In this document: positions 34,289-44,411 of the stretch, piece after piece
Layout: every line of letters starts with the position of its first letter
How positions within the stretch are numbered: the first letter of the stretch is position 1
Origin: a virus
Lineage: Duplodnaviria > Caudoviricetes
Virus record (IMG/VR): IMGVR_UViG_3300027734_000092
Location: 1-54,079 of that record
DNA: 54,079 nt
Strand: one strand, 5' to 3'
Position numbers and translations under genes: made by a program
Notes under the pieces: model-generated
The model's database searches: none
What the model was told of the DNA's origin: nothing
The model's input: only the letters and a program-made list of their open reading frames with translations

Positions 34289-35005
34289 TTAAAACACTGA
34301 TGCAAGTTCGTCAACTATATCTTTGTCTACATAGTGCAAAATGCCTGTTTGTACATAATTACCTATTTTTACTTGACCCGGATGAACATTCAGAGTTTGG
34401 TAAGTTCTCCATGTTTCCGGTTTCATATGGGTAAATGTAGGATAATCCAAAGGAGTAAATGGATGTATTCCCATGTAGGCTACTGCAATGCCCATGGCAA
34501 TATCAATACTAGGGTGTGCTTGTCTATTAACCGGAGTATACCTCCAAGACCACTCGTCCCAATTGGCAACTATCTGCCTTAATACTCTAAAAAATTCTTC
34601 TGCTTGAGAGTTGCGATTAAAGTAGGCAAATGCAGTATAACAACTTGGTAAATTGTTACTAACAAACGTGATGCGATATGGACTGTTGGTAATTTGATTG
34701 TCTCTAAAGTCTCTTACTTTATTTGTTATTAGTAAAGGAAACTTGGCGAGATGATCCCACCAATGATCGATGTTGTCCAAAAATAACATATCCGCATCGA
34801 GAATCACAGTTTCATCATAAGGGCTTAATTCGTATGCTCTTGTACGTTCTAACATAATATCGGCCCCGCACTCTATCACAGTTACATTGTTGATAGTCTG
34901 TGTCGCTTTTATACTACGCTCTAACAACCGCGCCATGTTGACAAATTTCTCGCCATGAGCAAATATAATGTATCCTTTACTCACAGCCCAATTCCTTTCT
35001 AGCAT
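34289..35005 (-). CDS. Glycosyltransferase-like (GT8-like) protein
   Basis: ELSPYDETVILDADMLF; start may be a few codons downstream. Confidence 0.65.
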   Translation of the reverse strand: MLERNWAVSKGYIIFAHGEKFVNMARLLERSIKATQTINNVTVIECGADIMLERTRAYELSPYDETVILDADMLFLDNIDHWWDHLAKFPLLITNKVRDFRDNQITNSPYRITFVSNNLPSCYTAFAYFNRNSQAEEFFRVLRQIVANWDEWSWRYTPVNRQAHPSIDIAMGIAVAYMGIHPFTPLDYPTFTHMKPETWRTYQTLNVHPGQVKIGNYVQTGILHYVDKDIVDELASVF

Positions 35006-35759
35006 ATTCCATTAGGCTGAATTTATTCATAATATGAACATCCTGACCTTGTACTTTTACTCCGTTAACTACGACAGCATTCTGGTTCATATTAGATATA
35101 GTATCTTTATCTATAGAGTACCAAAGTGAAGTGGGGATCGACTTGCCCCCTAGCTCATGTACAGCTATACTCCAGACATGATCGTTACGTAGATAAGAAT
35201 CTCGTATGCCGTATTCTTTAATATAGTCTGTATAGTTGGTTTTTATGTGGGCGCACAGATCGAAAAATCTTTTCGATGTTGGATTCTTTTTAAAATAGAA
35301 TAGTGTTGCCCAGTAGAATTCTATACCTGTGTTATGCACGTATTTCAATGCCGACCAGTTTCTATTGAGCAGATCTTTACAATTCCTACAAACAAGATAA
35401 TCCTCTGCATTATTCCAAACAATGTTTAGCCTATCGGATTGGATAGCGATATCTGTATCTATTACTAGGGTTTCATCATACGGAGTTAGTTCGAATGCAT
35501 GGATCCTATTGATGTTTTTAAAAGTTAACAATCTATCAGTATAGGGTTTTTGTTGATCTGTATCGGCATCCGACAGGATAATGTGATCGAACTCTTGTTC
35601 TAGATCGTGCTGTCGAAGTACAGCAAGCGAATTGGCGTCTGTGACAAGGCTGACTGGTTTGTTCAACCATTTATGTATTCGTCTAGCTTGCCAAGCGGCT
35701 AGGAGGCTGTATTGTATTTGCTCGTTGTCGTGAGCAAATAATAGTATTCCCTGAGTCAT
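34977..35759 (-). CDS. Glycosyltransferase-like (GT8-like) protein
   Basis: ELTPYDETLVIDTD, RND, H.MNK. Confidence 0.65.
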   Translation of the reverse strand: MTQGILLFAHDNEQIQYSLLAAWQARRIHKWLNKPVSLVTDANSLAVLRQHDLEQEFDHIILSDADTDQQKPYTDRLLTFKNINRIHAFELTPYDETLVIDTDIAIQSDRLNIVWNNAEDYLVCRNCKDLLNRNWSALKYVHNTGIEFYWATLFYFKKNPTSKRFFDLCAHIKTNYTDYIKEYGIRDSYLRNDHVWSIAVHELGGKSIPTSLWYSIDKDTISNMNQNAVVVNGVKVQGQDVHIMNKFSLMEYARKELGCE

Positions 35760-36091
35760 AGGTCCAGTATTGTTTCAACAGACCGTTGCGATTTTAATTG
35801 GCTAAATGCAGTACCGTAATCAGACAAGGCTGTATAATAAACATTATACGCTTGTTCATAAAAAAATTCAACCTGGGGAATCCATATTGGGGTTTGGTTC
35901 ATATCCAAAACCCATTCTGCAGGCTGTTTGATTAATTTAAGTCCTGCTAGAAATTCTGGAGTGACTAAGAACAGTCCTCCGTTCCATGCCACAACGCATT
36001 GATCTTTAAATTTTTGATCAAGTATCTTTGTTTGCTGTGTGAACGCTGTACGGTAATTCACAGGATTACGCTGAATATGCCCAAGTACCAA
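35756..36091 (-). CDS. Hypothetical protein
   Basis: In operon; NGGLF.VT..F, LD.N..P pattern; start uncertain. Confidence 0.6.
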   Translation of the reverse strand: MVLGHIQRNPVNYRTAFTQQTKILDQKFKDQCVVAWNGGLFLVTPEFLAGLKLIKQPAEWVLDMNQTPIWIPQVEFFYEQAYNVYYTALSDYGTAFSQLKSQRSVETILDL

Positions 36092-36899
36092 AATCTACCG
36101 TAGGACTGATTACAGTTATACCTGGAGTATTGGACAGTAGTCGACTGATAGCAAAAGAAAGGCCAGCTAACACATTAGATGCCGCATTATTGTCGCCGCC
36201 GGTATCGTTACAGGTAATATTGAACGGCAGTAGATTACCTGACTGGGTGTAGATTGTTACCTTCACAAAGTCGGCACTATAAGGACTTGTTGGACTGTCG
36301 GCAGTGATGACTTTATTCACTCCTGCTCTAAAATCTGTTTGTGTATAGGTAAAGTTAATAGAAGAGGCCATGCTTCTGAAAGCATCAGATTTTGGATCTC
36401 CAGTACCACCTACTCCGCTTCCTACTACTGTTATAGTGTTATTTTGATTAAAATAATTACGAACAGCATTGGCGCTTGGGAACGTGAAATTGCCGCTCAT
36501 GCTAGCCACTCTATTACCGCTTTTATTCCCCCAACCGCTTGATAAAGTTGTTGTATCAGGTCCTACATTTTGTCTAGCGCCGCCATTTGTATCGGAGTTA
36601 GTGTTAATAAAACTTGCGGCAACTTGGAACTCTACAAATTTTGCCCAAGTGACCAAGCCTTTCTGACCAACTGGGTTTGTTCCTACTGAGTCAGTGTTAA
36701 CAATATGCCTGTAGCAAGCATCCATATCTGTTTTTAAATTAAAGAAATCAGCCGATTGTATTTTGTCGCCGACATTTACTGCGTAACTGGCTAATGGAGA
36801 ACCGTAACCTTTGTTACCAGAACCTACGCCTAACACGTTTGCAACAGCATTTCTAACTGTGTTGAATTCGTTTGCTAAAACTACTGAATATTGTGCCAT
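36066..36899 (-). CDS. Putative virion structural protein (paralog of 36926-37771)
   Basis: G/S/T/N-rich; VLG.GSG.KGYG, F...R.YFN. Confidence 0.65.
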   Translation of the reverse strand: MAQYSVVLANEFNTVRNAVANVLGVGSGNKGYGSPLASYAVNVGDKIQSADFFNLKTDMDACYRHIVNTDSVGTNPVGQKGLVTWAKFVEFQVAASFINTNSDTNGGARQNVGPDTTTLSSGWGNKSGNRVASMSGNFTFPSANAVRNYFNQNNTITVVGSGVGGTGDPKSDAFRSMASSINFTYTQTDFRAGVNKVITADSPTSPYSADFVKVTIYTQSGNLLPFNITCNDTGGDNNAASNVLAGLSFAISRLLSNTPGITVISPTVDFGTWAYSA

Positions 36900-36925
36900 T
36901 ATGTAATCCTAAATTAATCTGTAAG

Positions 36926-37771
36926 TTATGCGGAGTATGACCAAGCACCCCAAGAAACAGACGGCGTGTAAGTTGATATACCTGTAGTATTAGAAATGTT
37001 AAGCAGATTGATATAAAATGTTAGATCAATATCAACATTTGACGCCACATTACCATCTCCGCCCTTGTCACGGCATTGAATGGAACCGTTGAACACATTG
37101 GCACCAATAGCAGTAATGGTTGCAAACATGCCATCCGGATCACCTCCCAAGCTATAGGGACTTGTGCCAGTATACTGAGATTGTGTGCCTGGATCACCAG
37201 TTGTACGATAATTGGTTCGGTTGTAGGTATTAGAAACGCCATTAGCAAGCGTACCAAATGCATTGCTTTTTGGAGTACCACCAGTGGCCGCTCCAGATCC
37301 TGAAAGTGTTATATAACTATTCTGATTGAAAAAGTAACGCTTTGCTTCTGCATTAGTAAATGTAATAGTAAAGAGAGCTGTGGCTATTCTATTCCCGCTG
37401 GCATTACCCCAACCTGCAGGCAAAACTTTAGAAGTTTGTGAAGATGTTACGGCACCACCGTTAGTGTCTCTATTTGTGTCCACATAAGTAGCCGCAGTTT
37501 GATAAGAAACTAGATTAGCCCAAGTTATTTGACCACCAGTAACAACAGAATTTAATGTAGCATCACCGTTTGTAATGTGCCTGTAACAGCGATTGATATC
37601 GGTTTTCAGTGCAGTAAATTCGGCGGCGCCAATAGATCCTCCGGCGGCAACTGTATAGCTATCAACAGTACTGCCGTAGCCTCTAGTGCTAGACCCTGTG
37701 CCCAGCACAGTTGCTACTGTATTTCTTACAGCATTGAATTCGTTCGCTAAAACTGTGGTATATTGTGCCAT
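36926..37771 (-). CDS. Putative virion structural protein
   Basis: Full-length similarity to its neighbour; ATAAATA upstream. Confidence 0.65.
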   Translation of the reverse strand: MAQYTTVLANEFNAVRNTVATVLGTGSSTRGYGSTVDSYTVAAGGSIGAAEFTALKTDINRCYRHITNGDATLNSVVTGGQITWANLVSYQTAATYVDTNRDTNGGAVTSSQTSKVLPAGWGNASGNRIATALFTITFTNAEAKRYFFNQNSYITLSGSGAATGGTPKSNAFGTLANGVSNTYNRTNYRTTGDPGTQSQYTGTSPYSLGGDPDGMFATITAIGANVFNGSIQCRDKGGDGNVASNVDIDLTFYINLLNISNTTGISTYTPSVSWGAWSYSA

Positions 37772-37829
37772 TTTGCTTTCCTAATTGCTACCATATTTAT
37801 GTGCATATTTAAATGTTTTTATAAAACCA

Positions 37830-38156
37830 TTATACCCTAAAACTTTCCCCACAACCGCAACGATCTCGCTCATTCGGATTGATAAAATCAAATCCTTCGT
37901 TTAAGCCGTTGCGTACCCAATCCATCGTTAGTCCATTTAAGTAAGGTTCGTCTTTTGCACCTACCAAGACCACAAAGTCCTGTTGAGCATAATTAGTAAC
38001 ACCTACTTCGGACTTGTATTCGTCCACGTATTCTAGCACATACGCTAATCCGCTACATCCGGTAGTTTTAACGCCTATTCTAATACCAACGCCCTTGCCT
38101 CTTTTAGCTAGGTTTTGCGATACTCGGTCGACTGCTTCAGATGTTAAAATGATCAT
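37830..38156 (-). CDS. iscA: Fe-S cluster assembly A-type carrier IscA
   Basis: TTGCSGLAY and CGCGESF. Confidence 0.93.
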   Translation of the reverse strand: MIILTSEAVDRVSQNLAKRGKGVGIRIGVKTTGCSGLAYVLEYVDEYKSEVGVTNYAQQDFVVLVGAKDEPYLNGLTMDWVRNGLNEGFDFINPNERDRCGCGESFRV

Positions 38157-38207
38157 AATATGTTGCGATAAATACCTATAACATATTTAGCAGGCAAACT
38201 TACACCT

Positions 38208-38585
38208 ATGGCTTACTCAGATAAAGTGATTGATCACTATGAAAATCCGCGAAACGTGGGCAGTTTTCCAAAAGAAGACACCGATGTAGGTACTGGCATG
38301 GTCGGCGCACCTGCGTGTGGCGATGTAATGAAACTACAGATAAAGGTTGAAGATGGTATTATCACAGATGCGAAATTTAAAACTTACGGATGTGGCTCTG
38401 CAATCGCTAGCAGTTCGCTCGTTACGGAATGGGTCAAGGGCAAAACGCTGGAGCAAGCAGGAAGCATTAAGAATAGTGAGATTGCAGAAGAACTCGCACT
38501 ACCGCCAGTCAAGATTCATTGCAGTATACTTGCGGAAGATGCGATCAAAGCCGCAGTAAAAGATTACAAAGAAAAACACCAATGA
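38208..38585 (+). CDS. iscU: Fe-S scaffold IscU
   Basis: MAYSDKVIDHYENPRNVG, APACGD, GCGSA, LPPVKIHC. Confidence 0.97.
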   Translation: MAYSDKVIDHYENPRNVGSFPKEDTDVGTGMVGAPACGDVMKLQIKVEDGIITDAKFKTYGCGSAIASSSLVTEWVKGKTLEQAGSIKNSEIAEELALPPVKIHCSILAEDAIKAAVKDYKEKHQ

Positions 38586-39163
38586 AAATAGAAAGTTGGT
38601 TTAGTACTCCTGTAATCTATCACGATTTTGTAGGATCTCAGCTAGCAGACATTCAACAAGAAATAAAGATAACCGTGGAGCAGGTTAAACTGCAACCTAT
38701 GGGTACCCCTTGGGGTGATAAAACTTCGTCAACATTTAAACAAGAAGAATTAGTTAACGACATCAAAACCTACAACATGGTTAATCTAGAACGTGCAATT
38801 TTTCAATTGTCTGCAGAATGGTGCAGACAGCTAAGATATGTAGGAGCGGAATTTACATTACATGATTCTTGGTTAAATTTTGCAGAGCAAGGCGGCTTTC
38901 AGTTTGATCACAAACATCCAGGCAACAGAATTAGCGGATGCTACTATTATCAAACAACAGGCAATGACGGTAATATTAGATTTGAAAACCCTAACACCTA
39001 TGCATTAGCAGGCGGTTTCCCTTATGATAGTATTAACGCCGACGGAGTATTATATAAACCCGCAGTAGGCAGACTTATACTATTTCCTAGCTGGTTAACA
39101 CATCGAGTGAGTATCAACAAAAATCCAACGGAGCGCATTAGTTTAGCGTTTAATTTATCATGA
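38582..39163 (+). CDS. Putative 2OG-Fe(II) oxygenase (TIGR02466-like)
   Basis: SWLN, HKH, ISGCYY, FPSWLTH.V, RISLAFN. Confidence 0.85.
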   Translation: MKIESWFSTPVIYHDFVGSQLADIQQEIKITVEQVKLQPMGTPWGDKTSSTFKQEELVNDIKTYNMVNLERAIFQLSAEWCRQLRYVGAEFTLHDSWLNFAEQGGFQFDHKHPGNRISGCYYYQTTGNDGNIRFENPNTYALAGGFPYDSINADGVLYKPAVGRLILFPSWLTHRVSINKNPTERISLAFNLS

Positions 39164-39495
39164 TAGAAATAACACAATCTGCGTGTAACAAGATCGCCGA
39201 TCTTTTACTAGAAGAAAACAACCCCAAATTATCGTTACGTACATTTGTACAAGGTGGCGGTTGTTCTGGAATGAGTTACGGGTTTACATTTGACGAAGAA
39301 GTAAACGAAGACGATTTTGAAATACCAGTCGAATCGCCGCATGGAGAATTTAAAATTCTCATCGATTCTATGAGTATGCAATATCTTACAGGTGCAACAA
39401 TTGATTACAAGGAAGATCTAAATGGATCCCAATTTAATATTAAAAACCCCAATGCCCAGACCACATGCGGTTGCGGATCAAGCTTCTCAGTCTGA
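39160..39495 (+). CDS. erpA: Fe-S insertion protein ErpA
   Basis: QGGGCSG..YGFTFD and [12 protein letters not shown]. Confidence 0.9.
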   Translation: MIEITQSACNKIADLLLEENNPKLSLRTFVQGGGCSGMSYGFTFDEEVNEDDFEIPVESPHGEFKILIDSMSMQYLTGATIDYKEDLNGSQFNIKNPNAQTTCGCGSSFSV

Positions 39496-40147
39496 GTGGC
39501 TCGACGGATGGTTTAAAGTTCGTAAAACAAATGTAGACATTGCGCCTCTACGTCAAACCTGTATGGGTGTAAAAAGTGTACTAGCTTCTAGATACGGTGA
39601 TAAAAAAACAGATAATGGTTATGAAAATCTAACTACTAATCTGTTTGGAAACTATAACCTGTTTATGTTTTCGTCTGCACCGTTGCACGGTGTGTTTAGA
39701 GAAATATGCAGTTTGTGGAATGCGGTCAAACCCGACGATGACATTTATTACTTACAAAGCTGGCTCAATGTTTACGACTCTAGCGAAAGCATTGGATGGC
39801 ACTATCATTGGACTGAAAAGTATAGCGCATGGCACGGACTGTTTGGAGTTGATGTTGATGTAAGTAAAACTAGCTATGCGCTACAGCCAAGACATTATCA
39901 AATAGCCAAAGAAAATCCGTACATGTACAATAACGACCCGATACTAGAATTTGATGAAAAGTATCAATTAGTAAACTACATTAACCGAGATGGGTTTTTG
40001 ATGATGAGTCCTAGTGCCGGTGATTGTCACAGGAACATTCCGTGGGGAATTAGTGACCGCCCGAGAATAACCATTGCATTTGACATTGTTCCAGGACGGT
40101 ACATCCAAAATGAAGATTGGGAAAATCACTGGATCCCATTAGCTTAA
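39422..40147 (+). CDS. Putative 2OG-Fe(II) oxygenase
   Basis: QSWLNV, WHYH, HR, RITIAFD; true start probably downstream. Confidence 0.65.
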   Translation: MDPNLILKTPMPRPHAVADQASQSEWLDGWFKVRKTNVDIAPLRQTCMGVKSVLASRYGDKKTDNGYENLTTNLFGNYNLFMFSSAPLHGVFREICSLWNAVKPDDDIYYLQSWLNVYDSSESIGWHYHWTEKYSAWHGLFGVDVDVSKTSYALQPRHYQIAKENPYMYNNDPILEFDEKYQLVNYINRDGFLMMSPSAGDCHRNIPWGISDRPRITIAFDIVPGRYIQNEDWENHWIPLA

Positions 40148-40148
40148 T

Positions 40149-40397
40149 ATGTTATTCAAACAACTACATGTAAACACGATTGAATTGAGTAGTCGTGCTG
40201 TGCTAGACCAAAATTTTGGAGAAGGAGCGATCCTGGTACCTAGCCCTGATTCCAAAGTATTCTTACACTGGCTTACAGATAAAGGTAACATTCGTTCAAC
40301 ATTTACAATGACTTATGCTACCAGAGTGGAAGGAAAAGTGCGTTTAACCAACGGTTTGGACAAAGAAGTAGTTATTCAGGTCTTGACAAACTGGTAA
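40149..40397 (+). CDS. Hypothetical protein
   Basis: 82-aa ORF. Confidence 0.6.
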   Translation: MLFKQLHVNTIELSSRAVLDQNFGEGAILVPSPDSKVFLHWLTDKGNIRSTFTMTYATRVEGKVRLTNGLDKEVVIQVLTNW

Positions 40398-40411
40398 AAA
40401 TCAGTTATAAT
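40383..40411 (+). promoter_or_regulatory. Early-type sigma70 promoter for ligase
   Basis: TTGACA-17-TATAAT with the same GGTAAA spacer motif and AC-rich leader as the early block. Confidence 0.85.
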
Positions 40412-40439
40412 ATACACATACACTGATAGAAAGGTACCT

Positions 40440-41729
40440 ATGTTCCAAATTATTCAAGAGCTCGAAGCTGATAACAGTCGCCTTGCCAAAGAAGCGATTA
40501 TTGAACGTGAAAAAGATAACGCAGAACTTTTTGAAGGACTGCATCTTGCTCTAAGTCCCTATGTAACCTTTGGTGTTAAAAAGGTTCCTAAACACAGCGG
40601 TCCAGACGGTCAAGGGCTTCCTTGGGAAGCATTTAGAGAACTATGCCATTTGCTTAGTACTCGCCAACTTACAGGAGACGATGCTCGTTCAGCAATTGAA
40701 CTAGCCCTGTCAGCAAGTACTGGCGCACAGTGGAATGATTGGTATCGTCGAATTCTTATTAAAGATCTCCGTTGCGGTGTATCAGAAAAAACTGTAAATA
40801 AAATTAAGAAAAACGCCGTTCCGGTGTTTGAGTGCATGTTAGCACACGACGGAGCAAACCATGAGAAGAAAATTACAGGTGTACGACTCATCGAGCCAAA
40901 ACTGGACGGAGTACGATGCATCACGATCATTGACTATGAATCCAGAACTGTTGTTCAGTACACACGTAATGGAAAAGTATTGGAAAACTTCAGTCACATT
41001 ACTGACGCTTTACTGGCTAACATCGACGATTTTGGTCGAAGCTATGTTCTCGACGGAGAAGTTGTAAGCTCTAGCTTTCAAGAGTTAATGAAACAAGTCC
41101 ATCGCAAAGATGATGTAAAAGCTAGCGATGCCCGCTTGATGCTATTTGACATGATTCCGCTTTTTGAATTTAAAAACGGTAAAAGTGTTATGGGGCAAAA
41201 ACGCCGTTCTGCACTATTGCGTTCGTTTAAACCAGCGTTCAATAAATGTGGAAATATTGATGTAATTAAACAAGAAGAAGTTGACCTAGATAGTTACGTT
41301 GGGGAGATGCAGTTTAAACAATTTAATCTAGATGCCATCGAACAAGGCTTTGAGGGTATTATGATTAAAGTGCCCGATGCCGCTTATGAGTGTAAGCGTA
41401 GCACTAGTTGGTTAAAAATGAAACCATTTATAGAAGTTAGTCTTGCTATTGTTGACGTAGAAGAGGGTACAGGAAAAAATGAAGGTCGTTTGGGTGCTAT
41501 TATCTGTGAAGGTGAAGATGATGGGAAACAAATTCGTGTCAATGTTGGCTCGGGCTTTACTGATGATCAACGTGACGAATTTTGGTCCGATAGAAGTAGT
41601 ATCGTTGGTCAGATTGTTGAAGTGCGAGCAGATGCGGCAACTAGGAGCCAAGATAGTGAAGACCTATATAGCCTCCGGTTCCCTCGATTCCTTCGATTCC
41701 GCGGTTTTGCGAAAGGTGAGAAACTCTAA
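40440..41729 (+). CDS. ATP-dependent DNA ligase
   Basis: EPKLDGVR, LDGE, EGIMIK, WLKMK, VGSGF, SLRFPRF. Confidence 0.95.
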   Translation: MFQIIQELEADNSRLAKEAIIEREKDNAELFEGLHLALSPYVTFGVKKVPKHSGPDGQGLPWEAFRELCHLLSTRQLTGDDARSAIELALSASTGAQWNDWYRRILIKDLRCGVSEKTVNKIKKNAVPVFECMLAHDGANHEKKITGVRLIEPKLDGVRCITIIDYESRTVVQYTRNGKVLENFSHITDALLANIDDFGRSYVLDGEVVSSSFQELMKQVHRKDDVKASDARLMLFDMIPLFEFKNGKSVMGQKRRSALLRSFKPAFNKCGNIDVIKQEEVDLDSYVGEMQFKQFNLDAIEQGFEGIMIKVPDAAYECKRSTSWLKMKPFIEVSLAIVDVEEGTGKNEGRLGAIICEGEDDGKQIRVNVGSGFTDDQRDEFWSDRSSIVGQIVEVRADAATRSQDSEDLYSLRFPRFLRFRGFAKGEKL

Positions 41730-41730
41730 A

Positions 41731-41973
41731 ATGGATAGATCAGCAATTAAAGATTTTATATACGGAGGGCTCACAGAGCTCGTCCGTGATCGTAAGTACT
41801 ACTATCACAGCTCGGCCGGTTCGACTTATAGCCATCTTACTGAGGAAGGCAGAGTCGCCCTTGTAGAATATATGGAAATGGTTAGTTGGAAAATGCTCGA
41901 AGTCGAACGGACTGACATTGATAAACGAGCCAAAGAAATGGTATTGAGTGGGCTCAAGGGCGAAAGTGTCTAA
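41731..41973 (+). CDS. Hypothetical protein
   Basis: Start MDRSAI immediately after ligase stop. Confidence 0.65.
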   Translation: MDRSAIKDFIYGGLTELVRDRKYYYHSSAGSTYSHLTEEGRVALVEYMEMVSWKMLEVERTDIDKRAKEMVLSGLKGESV

Positions 41974-42574
41974 TATAATTGTAATGGATAATGTTATTTC
42001 CAAAGAGGAGCAGGATCGCCTTTGGGATTTTATACAAGACTATAGATTTTCCTGGCATTACGGTCCAAGCAATGTCTACGAAGATGATCGTAATAGGGGG
42101 CAATGTTTTCCTGATGAAAATACTGTTGACTCCTTTCAATTTACTCACCTGTTGTTAAATTCTCAAATCTCTTATAAAGAGCCTTTTTTCGATAATTTTA
42201 GAGAACCTATAATTACAATATTCAAATCTCTAGGATTGGAAAATCGAAATCTGTTTCGAGTTAAATGTAATATGTTAACCAATAATAGAAATTTTAAAGA
42301 AGGCGCATACAATCCAGCACACGTAGATGGTGAATTTGATCATTGGGTTGTTTTATACTATGTTAACGAATCTGATGGTGATACTGTAATTTTTAATGAA
42401 ACTTACGGATCAGCATTTGATAAACTTACCGTACAACAACGAGTCTCTCCTAAAATGGGCAGAGCTGTTGCTTTTCCTGGTAAGTATTTTCACGCAAGCT
42501 GTAATCCTATTAAATCGGATGTTCGGTGCGTAGTGAATATTAACTTGAGTGAATCAGGTAAAATTATCTTATAG
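41948..42574 (+). CDS. 2OG-Fe(II) oxygenase-like protein
   Basis: HVD, LYYVNESDGDT, FHAS, R.V.NIN; start between 41948 and 41984. Confidence 0.8.
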   Translation: MGSRAKVSNIIVMDNVISKEEQDRLWDFIQDYRFSWHYGPSNVYEDDRNRGQCFPDENTVDSFQFTHLLLNSQISYKEPFFDNFREPIITIFKSLGLENRNLFRVKCNMLTNNRNFKEGAYNPAHVDGEFDHWVVLYYVNESDGDTVIFNETYGSAFDKLTVQQRVSPKMGRAVAFPGKYFHASCNPIKSDVRCVVNINLSESGKIIL

Positions 42575-42589
42575 GAGATGTGAGTTAAA

Positions 42590-42805
42590 GTGTCAAAAGA
42601 AGACTGTATCGTATTAATTGGTACTGTAGATGAAGTACTACCTAATGCGATGTTTCGTATTACGCTCGAGAATGAGCAAAAAATCCTAGGACATATTTCT
42701 GGAAAAATGAGACAGAATAGAATACAAATTCTACTAGGTGACAAAGTCAAAGTCGAAATGAGCCCATATGACTTATCCAAGGGCAGAATCGTATACCGCC
42801 AATGA
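42590..42805 (+). CDS. infA: Translation initiation factor IF-1
   Basis: LPNAMFR..LEN...GHISGKMR...[18 protein letters not shown]; GTG start. Confidence 0.95.
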   Translation: MSKEDCIVLIGTVDEVLPNAMFRITLENEQKILGHISGKMRQNRIQILLGDKVKVEMSPYDLSKGRIVYRQ

Positions 42806-43620
42806 TCCCCATCATAACAGGCTCCGACGGATACATCGGAACTAACCTAGCCAACGTATTCAAAAAACATAACAAATCATTTATAGGGCTAGATCGCAAG
42901 TCGGGGCCTGATCTGCTAAGCCACGAAGGACGAGTACAGTTTCAAACTAGCCTGTATGATGCTGATGTGGTTATACATCTTGCGGCCGTGCCGCGTATCC
43001 CTGCAAGTTGGTACGAGACTGACAAGTATATCCGAGATAATATAGAACTAACTGAGTATGTGGCCAAGTGCTGTTCTCAGTATAACTGTCATTTGATTTT
43101 TGCCAGTTCTAGTTCTGTTTACGGCAACGGCAACGGTCCGTTAAATCCCTATGCCTGGACTAAAAAGGCCGGAGAAGATATAATAAAACTGTATGGACAG
43201 AACAATTTAGAATACACCATCGCCCGAATTTTTACAACTTACGGCAACAATGGACCGCTTGTTTTAGACACTTGGCTTAAACAAACTCTAAACGGACAAC
43301 CCATAACAGTGCGAGGAGATGGCTCGCAAATGAGAGATTTCATACATGTAGAGGATGTCGCTAGTGTGCTCTATTCTTTATATTTGAAGAAATTAGACAA
43401 GATTACACTAGATATCGGAACTGGAGTTAGTCATTCTCTAAACAACTTGGCTAGTTATTATACCGATAATACTGTCCAAGAACCTGAACTAGCAGGGTAC
43501 GCACACAGCACGAAAGCTGACGCCGATTATACAAAAGCCTTGTTAAATTGGACGCCGGCGTATTCGGCTGTGGATTGGATTAAATCTAGCTTAGATAAAT
43601 CGACCAGCTCGGATGGCTAG
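42802..43620 (+). CDS. NAD-dependent epimerase/dehydratase
   Basis: [32 protein letters not shown]. Confidence 0.9.
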   Translation: MIPIITGSDGYIGTNLANVFKKHNKSFIGLDRKSGPDLLSHEGRVQFQTSLYDADVVIHLAAVPRIPASWYETDKYIRDNIELTEYVAKCCSQYNCHLIFASSSSVYGNGNGPLNPYAWTKKAGEDIIKLYGQNNLEYTIARIFTTYGNNGPLVLDTWLKQTLNGQPITVRGDGSQMRDFIHVEDVASVLYSLYLKKLDKITLDIGTGVSHSLNNLASYYTDNTVQEPELAGYAHSTKADADYTKALLNWTPAYSAVDWIKSSLDKSTSSDG

Positions 43621-44098
43621 CAGTAAAAGGCAGTTTTTTGCGCTTCTCGATCAATTCCCAATAGGTAGGTTTATAAGGTAATTTTTTGGGTTTAAAACCC
43701 GACTTATTACCTTTCGTTGCGTTACATGGTCCACACGCACACACTGAATTTTCCCATGTACTTTTTCCACCCTTAGAGCTAGGAATCAAGTGATCAAGGG
43801 TAGCAGATCTACGAGTTACGTCTGCACCGCAATATTGGCAAGTAAATTCGTCTCGTAAGAACACATTCGCTTTTGAATAGCGAATCGCAGTTTTCTTTTT
43901 CATATACTCCTTGACCATAATTACTGCGGGAACCGGAGTTTCCCAACGTGCAGACCTTACAATCCACTCGTCGTGCCATTCGAGCACAACAGCTTTGTTA
44001 AGTACCATATATTTTATCGCTTCTTGCCAAGTTACTACACTTAGCGGAAGCATTGAAACTGGACTTCCGTCCGTATTTAGAATTAAACAATCACTCAT
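43586..44098 (-). CDS. HNH endonuclease
   Basis: RD.FTCQYC, TLDH..P.SKGG...WEN.V..C..CN..K. Confidence 0.9.
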   Translation of the reverse strand: MSDCLILNTDGSPVSMLPLSVVTWQEAIKYMVLNKAVVLEWHDEWIVRSARWETPVPAVIMVKEYMKKKTAIRYSKANVFLRDEFTCQYCGADVTRRSATLDHLIPSSKGGKSTWENSVCACGPCNATKGNKSGFKPKKLPYKPTYWELIEKRKKLPFTASHPSWSIYLS

Positions 44099-44186
44099 GA
44101 TAACTTATTTATAGGTGGCTAAAACACACACTAGTTTAACATATCACAACGGTTTAATCAAGAGACAAAAGCAATAAATACCCAGT

Positions 44187-44411
44187 ATGAACCTCCAGAG
44201 AACTATTTTAACAGAGTATACCAGTGATGCAAAAGCGATCAAAGAAGCAAGATCGGCTCCTGTACCTGAGCCAGAAATTGACCGCAGTTTGGCTTTTTTA
44301 AGAGCCATCGTACTCGATTTGCCGATACAAACCGGCGGAATGGTGGAAGTACCCCAAACAATTAGCGAAGAGCAAATGACAGAAATGAAAAAATTAGCAG
44401 GATTAAAATAA
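44187..44411 (+). CDS. Hypothetical late protein
   Basis: TAAATA upstream; C-terminal MKKLAGLK. Confidence 0.6.
   Translation: MNLQRTILTEYTSDAKAIKEARSAPVPEPEIDRSLAFLRAIVLDLPIQTGGMVEVPQTISEEQMTEMKKLAGLK

Noticed and set aside
37830-42805. iscA/iscU/erpA/infA as bacterial chromosome or contamination
   Set aside because: They are interleaved with phage-type oxygenases, ligase and TAAATA motifs, and the bacterial operon context is absent.
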